Of a DNA stretch of 64,000 nt, positions 25,090 through 39,360 are shown in pieces; position 1 is the stretch's first letter, and the number at the start of each line of letters is the position of its first letter. Source of the stretch: Dendronephthya gigantea (Eukaryota); assembly GCF_004324835.1 (NCBI RefSeq), contig NW_021163015.1, positions 2,952,323-3,016,322 of the forward strand, read 5' to 3'. The translations under genes and the position numbers were made by a program. A model generated the notes under the pieces. It ran no database searches, was not told the origin of the DNA, and was given only the letters and a program-made list of their open reading frames with translations.

Positions 25090-26562
25090 ATGATGCAATT
25101 CATGAGAAAACCTGCTGAGTATCATAAGTCGAAGTATACATTCATGGAATCCAAGCCTAGAGCAGAATCAGTCTCTGGTCCGACCAGCCCACGACGAAAG
25201 CTATCTTCGCCGAGCAAAGATGAGTCATGGAGAAGTGACATGTTGAAAGCATTGCAGAACAGCGCTAATCCGGAACCAATTCGAATTGCGTGCATGAAAA
25301 GCAATGTTAATGGACCTGCTCATTTTGGGGAGCTGTTTCATGGTACTCTAACAAGAGATGAAGTCACAGAGTTGCTATCTGGGGGAAATGGGCGATATCT
25401 TGTTCGAGAGAGCAATAGTTCACCAGGAGATCACATACTGTCCTTCAGTACTGGTGGCAATATACTTCATTATAAGCTGTTCTATGATGCAGAAACAGCT
25501 AAATATCACACTGAGTCTGACGAGAAGACCTACAATTCACTGACCGAACTGATGGTCGATATCTTGAACATGCTACGTGTCATCCATCAGTATGGAAGTC
25601 AGATAAACGGATGTGGAATCAGCGGAAATGGAGTGGAAAAAACAACAAAAACAAAGCGTCCATCGTTCACAAAGCCACATAGTTTTCGTATTCATCAGTA
25701 TATGCATCCCAAATGGTGTGATATCTGTCACGCATTCATGTGGGGTCTAATGCATCAGGGAATGAAATGTCAGGACTGTGGCTTAAATGTTCACAAACAT
25801 TGCGTCAAAGATGTTGAAACCAACTGCGGAACCTGTACAGTTGAAACCAGAAATAGATCAGAGTCAAAGACCAAACGTCGAGGCAGACTATCTGTTGATC
25901 AAGGCAAATCTGACGAACTGTATGCTCTACTTGCAAAACACATTACATGTGGCTATCAACTGGAATGTCTAAAATATTTGTCAAGTCTTAAGCAACCAGT
26001 GGCAAACTTTGACTTAGCTACCTTAATGAACCCATGTTACTGTGATAACTGTTGCCACTTGAAGGATTTGGACACTCCTCTATGTAAAACTGGGTCGCCA
26101 CCCCAGGCATACTCGTTACCTCTGGGTTGGTGTCGATTTTGTTTGAACACACCAAAGGGGATGGCTGAGCCGGCGTCGTGGAATGTTGCATATTATTCAT
26201 TGTCTAAAGAAATGCTGCCGAGTATTCTCGAGAAAGGTTTGGGCAATAAAGCAGATTTTTTGGGCTCTGATGGAAAGATCTTTGTGAAGCTCACACCATC
26301 AATCATTTGTGCAGACCTTGACTCTCCTGTTGTAGAATATCAGGACTCTGACTCAAATGAACTCAAGGTAGCAAAGATTGCTTTACAAGTATATGTTAAA
26401 CCTGGGTCATTTCAGACCATGGGTAGAGCTGGGATCTCAACGGAGGAAATTGATCCCTATTTCAAAAGCACGGACATATACTGGGTTATACGAGATAATA
26501 ATAGTATAATACCCTTCGGAATTTTGATTAAGAGGATGAGAATGACTTATAGAAAGTCATAA
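25090..26562 (+). CDS. Intronless gene: SH2 domain + C1 (phorbol-ester/DAG-type) zinc finger + C-terminal PARP/ART-like domain with degenerate catalytic triad (tentative)
   Basis: Single 490-codon ORF.
- SH2: FHGTLTRDEVTELLSGGNGRYLVRESNSSPGDHILSFSTGGNILHYKL (FLVRES-type).
- C1: HSFRIHQYMHPKWCDICHAFMWGLMHQGMKCQDCGLNVHKHCVKDVETNCG (H-x12-C-x2-C-x13-C-x2-C-x4-H-x2-C-x7-C).
- C-terminal: AYYSLSKEMLPSILEKGL…GSDGKIFVKLTPS…DIYWVIRDNNSIIPFGILIKRM aligns to the PARP signature (HGS…ILxxGL…GKGIYFA…S.S…EYIVYD…YLL), with H replaced by Y and Y replaced by F. Confidence 0.7.
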   Translation: MMQFMRKPAEYHKSKYTFMESKPRAESVSGPTSPRRKLSSPSKDESWRSDMLKALQNSANPEPIRIACMKSNVNGPAHFGELFHGTLTRDEVTELLSGGNGRYLVRESNSSPGDHILSFSTGGNILHYKLFYDAETAKYHTESDEKTYNSLTELMVDILNMLRVIHQYGSQINGCGISGNGVEKTTKTKRPSFTKPHSFRIHQYMHPKWCDICHAFMWGLMHQGMKCQDCGLNVHKHCVKDVETNCGTCTVETRNRSESKTKRRGRLSVDQGKSDELYALLAKHITCGYQLECLKYLSSLKQPVANFDLATLMNPCYCDNCCHLKDLDTPLCKTGSPPQAYSLPLGWCRFCLNTPKGMAEPASWNVAYYSLSKEMLPSILEKGLGNKADFLGSDGKIFVKLTPSIICADLDSPVVEYQDSDSNELKVAKIALQVYVKPGSFQTMGRAGISTEEIDPYFKSTDIYWVIRDNNSIIPFGILIKRMRMTYRKS

Positions 26563-27592
26563 TGCTGACAAGTAGTAGCCTTACTACATTTAACAACGAT
26601 AAACAATCTGAACTATAAATTAACTATAAACAACCATAGACTGATTAATGGTAGTGAATCAGATGAAATAATTATGTATATGTATTTGTATTGGTCTTGG
26701 TTGATATTGTAAGGATGATGAATTAATGTTGACTAAATAAATAACATGATTAACTTCTATTCGTGATTATGTCTTCTGTGTCTGTTTGTGGACATATCAA
26801 ATGCTCCATATCAAATGCTCCATAATCCTCCCTCTATGGGCTAAGGCTTCAATATATTCAAACAAAATCTTTGCTTATGATTTTCATTGTTTAAAAGGTT
26901 GAGAAAATCAATTGACCATTTTGAAAGAAGTGAGTGAGGTGTTATATCCCCACTCATATGCCCCTGTTGTTTATCAAGCAAGCTAATATTGACACAACAT
27001 AGGTCCTGGCATTGAAGCATGACTGAGCAGGTTGTTTTAACATTAAACAGACATATTTTTCCAAAAATGGCAACGAATGCAGTATGTTTGTCAAATTTGT
27101 CAGCCTGTTATTTGGCAAATACGCTGTGCCCCCTTGGCTACACACCCCGACAGCAAATATAGCAACTCGAGTCAAAACAGTGTCTTTTGCCCGAAGTAAT
27201 AAAAAGCCGAATAAGTGTTTTCACAAATAGAGTCTAAATAAACTACTGACTGATACCAAAGTATAATTTAGGTCTCGGTTTTGGCCAGCTGCGAGTCCAA
27301 CATTTTGCAGTTAGGAACCGTTTAAAACTTAATTTTTAAGATTTGAATAATAGTATAAAACTTTAAATTAAATTGCTATCTCCTAAATGTCGAAAATTCA
27401 AGTGTTTTCATCTATAAGTATCCGAAAATACGGGAAGTAGTACATCAACGCCACAGTAAACGAACTTTATACTTACATGATATTTTCCCGCCATTTATTC
27501 CTGCCGCCATCTTGGAAATTGATATATGTTCTTGTAATCTTGTAAAATTGAATTATTGAAAATTATATAAAACTCCTGTTTTTCAATGAAAA

Positions 27593-29948
27593 TTGATGGC
27601 AACAAATAGTATTCTACAAGACTTGTATGCGCAAATTTTACAATCTGAGGAGCAAGTCAAGAAGAGGAATACTAAGTTCAAAGCAGGTAGGCGAAAATGG
27701 CTTGGTTGGAAAAATATATTCCCTCAGAATTTGGGCCAATTTTTGACCGACTTTAATGGCTTATTTCAGTCATTCCTTTCTTTGGCAGTGAACGAGGAAA
27801 TCGCCCAGACTCAGAAAAAGACTGCAGAAATAAGAGACGAATTAAAATCGCTTCAAGGAAGTCTTGCTATTCAAAATAACAAAGTAGCTGAACAAGAATT
27901 GCAATCAAAATGGTTAAAAGAAAAGGAAAAAATAATGAAATTACAAAAACATAATCTTGAACAGACGAAACTGGATTTACAAAACACACTGGTGCTTTAT
28001 AGCTTTTATTTATACTTGCAGCCGTATGACTATTTAGATAATAGTACCCTTGTAATTCAACAATAAATATTCTTGCATTTTAGGATAATCATCGGGCTGT
28101 GATTCATTGTGAAAGGTACAGAGCTTTTGTGAAGACGACTCCACTGATGTAAAGAAATATAGGCGAATTCCTTGAATTGTACACGTCCTGTTATCTATTG
28201 TATTAAAATACAACGGAACACGGACTCAAGTTCCCCTAATAATATAGAAGTGGATGCAATTAGCCTCTCTCATGTCAAGATGACAAATATTCCGCCAATT
28301 TTGAGGAAACTCGTTTGTTTTCACATTCGTGATAATACAAAGTAGCAGAGGCGATTTATAATTTTTAGGATTATTCATTTCTGCTATTGATCAGTTGATT
28401 TTGAAAAATTACTTGTTTTTTTACTGTTTAAACCCGTTTAGGAAGCCAAGATATGCGGATGTTTCCTCTCATCGAGAGAAAGCAAACAGAGTTAACAGAC
28501 TTTCCTCATAATGACGTCAAACACGGATAGTCTGATGTTACACGAAGTGTTGGCCAATCAAACTTCGCGTAACATTGGACGCGCTTGACGTCATCGCGAG
28601 AAAGTGTGGCTGAAGCCAATTTGGTTATTGAGGACCTCATACACTCAAGTGTCTATCAATTTTATTGTTTAACATATACCGCTCTTGCTTTCGGAATTTT
28701 CGACTTCCTGAATGAGGTTAAAGGAGGAAGTTAGGAAGTTCGTGGCCCTTTTCAGGCATAAAAAAAATACGAAAACTTTGTATACACGAAAAGTAAAAAA
28801 AAATTATGAAATTACCCCTTGGCGCCCGGTTCTGTTTTTTTACAAGAAAACGTCTTCTTTTAGGCAAAGATTTATTGCCGAATGTGAGGAGTTCTCTTGC
28901 ATGTATGACTTGACTGGAGATGGGAAGAGAAAGCGGGATGAAGCGAAAAAAACAAAACTTGAAGAATTAATGAAAGACACAGACGAACTAAAATCAGGTC
29001 TCTTAGTAAATATTATACAAGACTTATAAGAAGCTATTTGTGGACTCTGCTTGCTGTTGGCCACCATCTTAGAGTACAATATAATTGATATAATTCCAAG
29101 TTTATATTTATAACTAATATAATTTAACTAGAAATCGCCTCGATCAAAAAAGCAAAAACTGAAGTTGACGTGTTGGAAAATAAGAAAGAGAAGTTGCTTA
29201 ATGAAATCAAGAGATTGGAGTCGAAACGTGAAGGCAAGATATTTTTTTCTTCCTATAGATAAATCAAGACGTGATGCTATAGGAAAATAGCTCAAGTCTA
29301 CTTCCGATATTGAGCCTTTAGGCTTTAGCTTATAGCCAAATCATGACCACCACTATTTTAAAACGAATGATGTTATTCCTCCCACAACCACCGCCTAGGA
29401 GTGAGTCATCAGGCTAATTTTGTATTTTATATTGTATTTAGAAAATGATAAAGATATTGAAGCGGAAAAGGATAGGACGGAAAGACTGAGGCAGGAAAAA
29501 CAAAGGCTCTCAGCGAAACTTAGGAATGACCCAGAATTAAAAAGGTTAGAATTGATCAACAGAACTTTACCGGAAATAACCAGAATTATGTGAAAGATTT
29601 GAGGTTGCTTTTTTAAGGTTAACGGCCGAGTTGAAGAATTGCAAGGAGGAGAGCTTGAATTTGGAAGGAATAAATGATGCTATGGATCAGGAACTCAATG
29701 AATTACGCCAGAAATATTATCAAAAGCAGCTACGAAAACAGAGAGAACAGAGAGACAAACAGAGACACTTTGAGCAACAGAATCAGCAGACAAGAATAGA
29801 GTCACAGATACAAACGCAACAAAGATCAAAGCCAAGGACAACCCCGAGGCCCAAGGATCTAAGCAAGGCTAATCAGAGTAGCGTGTATTTTGAAAATGAA
29901 ACGCAGGGCAAAGGCAAACAAAGGCCGTTGTTTGGAAGAAAAAAATAA
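27593..29948 (+). CDS. Coiled-coil protein gene(s), multi-exon; exon boundaries and whether one or two genes uncertain
   Basis: Coding-like segments rich in K/E/Q heptads:
- 27593-~27990: MMATNSILQDLYAQILQSEEQVKKRNTKFKAGRRKWLGWKN…LQGSLAIQNNKVAEQELQSKWLKEKEKIMKLQKHNLEQTKLDLQNTL.
- 28861-28999: QRFIAECEEFSCMYDLTGDGKRKRDEAKKTKLEELMKDTDELKS.
- ~29125-29210: IASIKKAKTEVDVLENKKEKLLNEIKRLESKRE.
- ~29440-29590.
- 29631-29948: …ELNELRQKYYQKQLRKQREQRDKQRHFEQQNQQTRIESQIQTQQRSKPRTTPRPKDL…GRKK*.
I did not recognise a family. Confidence 0.4.
28480..28600. promoter_or_regulatory. Putative promoter module with two palindromic CRE (TGACGTCA) sites and CCAAT boxes
   Basis: 'aatgacgtcaaac' at ~28510 and 'cttgacgtcatcg' at ~28586. 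'ggccaatca' at ~28552 and 'agccaatt' at ~28616. It lies ~100-200 bp upstream of the coding-like segment that starts at 28712. Confidence 0.4.
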
Positions 29949-30040
29949 ACGTTGGATGTTTGAATATTGATTTTAATATTGTTACTTGTATTAAACTTTG
30001 ATAAGGTTTCTTCACTGTTTACATAAATTTAATTTTTGTA

Positions 30041-32355
30041 TCAACCTGTATCACTGTCGTCACTAAATGTTTCAGCCTCGATTTCATAGCACTGTTCTGT
30101 CACACCAAATTGTCTGTTCCTCGCTGCAGCTGCTGTTGCTACAATCGATGCAAACGGATTAGCGCCATAACTCATTGGCCCCATAAATGCCCGTTCTTCT
30201 GCACCACGGTCATTTGATGGTTTACAAACGACGTCTTGGATTCCGGTCATTTCATTCTCTCCATTTTCATTACATGGAAATGATTGCTCATTGTTCTGAG
30301 AAATATTTGCCTCTCCTGGAACTGTACCAGCCTGTTCTTCATCACTTGAACCGTCAACACATGATTCTTTTTCATTCTTACCACTTTTCATATCGACTCC
30401 ATATCGAGCGTCGTTCTCTTCAATCTCTTCAAAATCAGCTGTGTCTCTTCCATTGTCTTCACCCTCAACAGCGCCGAATTTCTTTAACAATAAAACCCTT
30501 GGAATTCCGACCATTTTTTCCCCATCCTTCGTTGCTAAAACAGACTTCAGTTCCTTAAGAAGATGTCTGCCTTCCTCTCTCATTTTTTCCTCTCTAAATA
30601 ATTCTTCTCTTCCTAATAATGATTCATTCTGTTTTTCATCTTCACGACCAGACGTTGTTTCTCCTTCAAACATCTGGTCTGGAACAGGTTCTGCTTCTTC
30701 CATCAAGTTGAATATCCGAGCATGCACATCTTCTTGTTCAACCAAGCTCCCACTTGTTTTTTTTTCCACGATATTTGTCTTCTCCTCAGATGGGCTAAAA
30801 GTAATTTCCTCAAGTCTATTTTGACTTTCGTGCCAACACATGCTGATTTTCTCTATCTCTTGACCAATGTTTAATATCTGCTCGTTTACCTTAGTCAGAT
30901 CGGAGCTTGCAGGGTCTTGAGTCGATTCAGAAACGAGCTTATCAAGTCTTTCTTCCATTTCAACAGACGTTTTGCAAGCCTGCTGGAGGTGTAAGGTCAA
31001 GCTACGTAGAGACAAAATGAAAGACGTGTAGACAGTTTTATCACACGGTGGTACATGTCCATGGTTTTCATCAAATATGCGAGCAGGGATATCCAATTTG
31101 TGAAATTTATAACATTGATCAAGACTATCAAACAACTTTTCCCTCCTTGTTTCAATAAATCATCAAAATATTTAAACTCCAACAACTCGTCATTTCGTTC
31201 CGACTGTTGTAAACAGATTATCGCGAGCATCAAATTTATTGCTGCACAGAACAACAATGAGGATTGGTTGCTGCCAAATGTGGCAAACACTTTCTTCAAT
31301 CTGATCAACGTGTAGTCGTGATCCTGCAAATGTTCCTCGCTCTGCATAATGCCCTCGTTTACAATCTTGTTAAGCTCTTTGGAAAGCCAACCTAAATTAC
31401 CACAGTCAGCACTGAATTTCGTATCAGGGAGTGTAATTTTCTTACGAAGCAGATCAATGTAGTCGCTCATTTTAATAAACAAGCATTTTCTTAATACCAT
31501 ACATTGCTTAATTTGGGATTCTAATCTGGTCACCGGTGCTGTAGGATTAGCAATAATATGCCCGCGACTTATAAGTTCCTTCTCCTGAATAAACAAGATT
31601 GATTTTCGTATTAGCATTAGAAATCCTGCTGTAAACTTGGTGTACTGCAGAATTAATACCATATTCTTCTTAAGGATGTTAATCTTTTTCTTCACTTGTA
31701 GAGAATACAATTTTAGAACTCCCCAAATTAAAAGAACCGAGACGAAAAAGAATGAAAAAAAATTCGACGAATTGGCGTTGGAAAAGCTACCCAAAATTAA
31801 AGCAGCCAGCATTATAGCTCCCGCAATAAACTTGCTTTCGACAATGTCTAGCAAAAAAGAGTTTTTCGCTTCTGGCAATTTGTTCACATCAGTTTTACGG
31901 TCAGAAAACACAACACTGACTTCATCGTCCTTGGTCTTGGAATCAATTGCGTTCTCTGTACATTGCTCAAATCTGTACAAAAGTTCCAAATGATCGTCTG
32001 TTAACAAGCCCGATGATTTTATTATGGCTACGCAAGAGCTGTAGCTGTAGCATGAGATCTTTTTTGATACAAAAGAGGGCAATAAAATGCCTAAAACAAA
32101 TCTTTTAGCCCAATCTATAATGTAGTTAACTCGCTCCTTTAAATTTCTGATACTAAAATTTCCGCAATCCTCTGGTCTCACGCTCCTATTGACGATGGAT
32201 TCATATAGTTCATCGCTGTTATTCAACGTTTCTACGTGAAAATCTGTAAAACCAACTTCGGATAAATGTCTATACAACGGTGAATTGTCAAAAACTACGC
32301 CTTCGTCGTCCGCCATATTGAAAATTTTCCCGATTTTAGGGTTCATTCTGTGCAA
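30041..32355 (-). CDS. Uncharacterised transmembrane + acidic/coiled-coil protein (~800 aa) encoded by two overlapping minus-strand ORFs that differ by a frameshift near 31130
   Basis: ORF 30997-32355 (MHRMNPKIGKIFNMADDEG…) contains two hydrophobic helices (FIAGAIMLAALILGSF, FFSFFFVSVLLIWGVL). ORF 30041-31135 (…FDSLDQCYKFHKLDIPARIFDENHGHVPPCDK…) is very acidic, with Glu-rich coiled-coil segments. The frames switch at a GGAGGGAAAAG run: '…FDDLLKQGG' then 'KLFDSLDQ…'. No family recognised. Confidence 0.45.
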
Positions 32356-32497
32356 AATTAAATTGAGCTTTCCCGCAAACCTGCGAAAAACAAAATGGAC
32401 GTGAAGAGAGGAGTAAAGAATTTTGGAAACTTCTAGATTTTAACCTGGATTTTCTTGTAAATATGCAGTGAATTCCTGGGATTTTTAAGTATTAGGA
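32356..32497. promoter_or_regulatory. Short head-to-head intergenic region (putative bidirectional promoter) between the minus-strand TM-protein gene and DDX41
   Basis: The minus-strand ORF start codon is at 32355 and the DDX41 ATG at 32498, leaving about 140 bp between divergent start codons. Confidence 0.4.
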
Positions 32498-36535
<4,038 letters not shown>

Positions 36536-36921
36536 GGCTCTAGGTACAAGAATGCTTCGTACTGGGAACGTGACGTCACTGGCCCGGCTGCCTGCCATTG
36601 GCGCGGCTGCACTGCCTGAAAAACTGAGTCTTCATGGTCCGTCTTTGTAAATTTTATGAATAGTTTACCTTTGAGAAGAGAAAAGTAAAAGTATTTATAA
36701 TTTAACTTCAGAATTTGCTTAAAAAAGGGTAGTTTTTTAAGACCCGGGAAAAGGACCCGATGGAGAAGCTGTGCCGATATGTAAAATCCCGTATAGCCCT
36801 ATCTCGTATTGACTAATGACTATAAAAAATTAAAAATATGGCGCGACTTTTGCTTGTTTTTTAAAAGTTATGCCATTTTTATGCAAAATTTTAATGGAAA
36901 ATCTTTAAATCGGTTGTTGGA

Positions 36922-39360
36922 ATGTCTGCCGGAAGACGTCGTTTAGAAAATGCTATTCAAATTGGCAGAGATATTGACTCTCGCCTGGAGGAAAGGTTTG
37001 CAGAATTTATAAACTTGAGTAATTGAAAATATCAATATTCAAAATATCCTTGTAAACAAACATTTTTGGTAATTTTAAATATTTAGCGATAGTTCGTCAG
37101 GATTAAGTAAAATTTCAAGCGTTCAGGACATTGATTTTGGTGATATCGGTGGCGTATTTTGCATCAATTTCTCCTCAGATGGCGAGTTTTTTGCTGTGGG
37201 CTGTGGAAATAGTGCTATACAGGTACTGTGAAAAAATATAGTAAACAAAGTACTCAGTATGAGTTTTAATCATATCGGTGGAAATTTTCTGTCTAAAGTA
37301 GCATCTATTTGATCATCTATTAATTTACACAGAGTATATGCTTATCTTAGTTATCTAGATTTGACACTTCCTATAAACCAGGTTGACCTAGCAAGAACCA
37401 TAAGTGTACATTCACTGACCTTCACATGCAAATCTAACTGCATTAACTCCAAGGTTTACCACATATTAACCCAGAATAAACATCCACTATATCATTAACA
37501 GGTACCATCAGCTGAAACACCACCATCAGACTGCAAACATTAAACAATGCATATTCCAAGTCGTGCATAGATCTACCTTTGCCAATGGTTAACAACCATT
37601 TTTGCATTCAGGTGTATTCTGTGAAACAAGGGAAAAAACGACGACCATTGCGTCATGGATCGAATTTTGGTCTTCCAGTTACTGGTGCTAAGTTTTACCC
37701 ATTCAACTCCAATCTTCTCATAACAACAGGTACAAGCCCACATAAGCTGACCTGTTGTAGTTCTAATCTTCCCAATGAAATGGAAACTATCATTTTTCAT
37801 TCTTTGTTAATGCTTAAAAGGGATCCTCCATTTGCGGCAGGTCTGGAATAAACATAGGGTTTTGATCTAAATTTTACAATGTACCTAAATCTAATCACTA
37901 GATTCACAAGGTGATATAACAGTCTGGGATTTAACTGACTGGACACAAAAACGAAAAATATTTGAAAAAGGAAATGAAATTGAGACCTTGGACTTCTCTC
38001 ATGATGGGAAGATTTTTGCAACAGCTGGGAAGGTAGAGTTCTTTCTATCTAAGTCTATATAGTAAGTACATTGAGTAGATGAGATTTTTGATTGTTTAAA
38101 AACAGGACAGAACTGTGCGAATTTATGACAGTGATCAGTTGGATGTTATAAAGGATTTTCCTGGGACTGGAATTTTAGACGAAGATACGTGAGTATGACT
38201 TGGAGTTCAGCAATCCTAAAAAATGAAAAAAATATTGATCCAGAGTTGTTTTCTATATCACGATCAGTTCTGAGCTCACAGAATTTGGCCATGGACGAAA
38301 AGTCTTTGCTCTGAAGTTCCATCCTTTTGATGATAATGTGTTCATCACAGGTGGCTGGGATAAATGCATCAAGGTATGGTAATTAAAAACGCGAGTTTCC
38401 CGATGTATTTGCGTGAAGATTTGAACGGTGGTCTTGTAGGCGTTTAGAGAGCAAGCACAGATAGCGTCTTGCAATTGTGATCAAGCAAGCACAGATAGCG
38501 TCTTGCAGTTTGTGTCTTGCAATTGTGATCATGAGGAAAGTGTTTCTTTCCTAGGTGTGGGATATTCGAACAGCACATTCTGTGAGAACGATTTGGGGCC
38601 CCTATATCTGTGGGGATGCGTTGGATATGTGCGTGGATAATATTCTCACTGGATCATGGGTCGCTGATGATGCCTTGCAGGTATGTGTGTGTGTGATGAG
38701 AGTGGTGGTTTGAGTTAACTGGCGTGGACTAACTACCACGATTTTGGGAGGGGGAGGAGGGAGATGGGGTGCAGGAAGGTGGGGATTTAGGGAGATGAAT
38801 ATTGATGGAGGTGCGGGGAGGTGAGGTGGACGTTTAGCGGTTTAGGAAGATAGGGAAGGAGATGGTAGGATAAAGGTGCAGGGAGGAGGGGGAAATGGGG
38901 AAGGACCGGATCGAAGGTTTTCTTAATCACTGTTCAATTTCTTATTACATATAGATCTGGGATTTTAAAAGTGGTAATCTGGTTGAAACCGTACCGTTTC
39001 CCTCAGAGAAAGGCGCATTTCTCTATTGTGCTCGGTTTTTAAGTAGTGACTTGCTCGCCGCTGGAGGAAGTGGAACGAAAGATTTGAAGCTTTTATATCG
39101 CCATACACATGAGGTTTGTTGTAATATAAAACTTTAAGTTGATAGGATTGAATTAAGAAATGAGTGTCAAGGATCGTTTCCCTTTCTTTTACAGAAACTT
39201 TTGAAAGAAAACTTTTTACGATCAGTTTTTAAATTTATAGGTCGCCGGTTGTTTGGACAACGATGGCCGAACCATCCAAGCTTTGGATTCTACAGATAAT
39301 GGTCATTTACTGGCCATGGGTAGCACTGGCAACCATATACGACTGGCCAGTATTCTCTGA
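36922..39360 (+). CDS. WD40-repeat protein (~360 aa, 9 exons), family not determined
   Basis: Exons approx. 36922-37000 (MSAGRRRLENAIQIGRDIDSRLEER), 37091-37222 (…FCINFSSDGEFFAVGCGNSAIQ), 37613-37731 (VYSVKQGKKRRPLRHGSNFGLPVTGAKFYPFNSNLLITTG), 37891-38033 (DSQGDITVWDLTDWTQKRKIFEKGNEIETLDFSHDGKIFATAGK), 38105-38190 (DRTVRIYD…), 38268-38372 (…FALKFHPFDDNVFITGGWDKCIK), 38556-38681 (VWDIRTAHSVRTIWGPYICGDALD…), 38953-39113, 39241-39360 (…GHLLAMGSTGNHIRLASIL*). Repeated WD signatures (GxxxxVWD/IWD, GGWDKCIKVWD). Confidence 0.75.
38445..38545. repeat. Tandem repeat (~34 bp x2-3, 'caagcacagatagcgtcttgcaattgtgatcaag') in a WD40-gene intron
   Basis: Seen directly: …gagcaagcacagatagcgtcttgcaattgtgatcaagcaagcacagatagcgtcttgcagtttgtgtcttgcaattgtgatcatg…. 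Confidence 0.7.
38700..38905. repeat. Purine-rich (GGA/GGG) low-complexity tract in a WD40-gene intron
   Basis: 'gggagggggaggagggagatggggtgcaggaaggtggggatttagggagatg…ggagggggaaatggggaagg'. Strong G/A strand bias over ~200 bp. Confidence 0.6.

Noticed and set aside
30187-30824. Plus-strand ORFs of 123 and 127 aa
   Set aside because: They are antisense to the acidic, coiled-coil-coding minus-strand ORF. Their proteins are low-complexity (S/L/P-rich), an artefact of reading a Glu/Lys-rich gene backwards.
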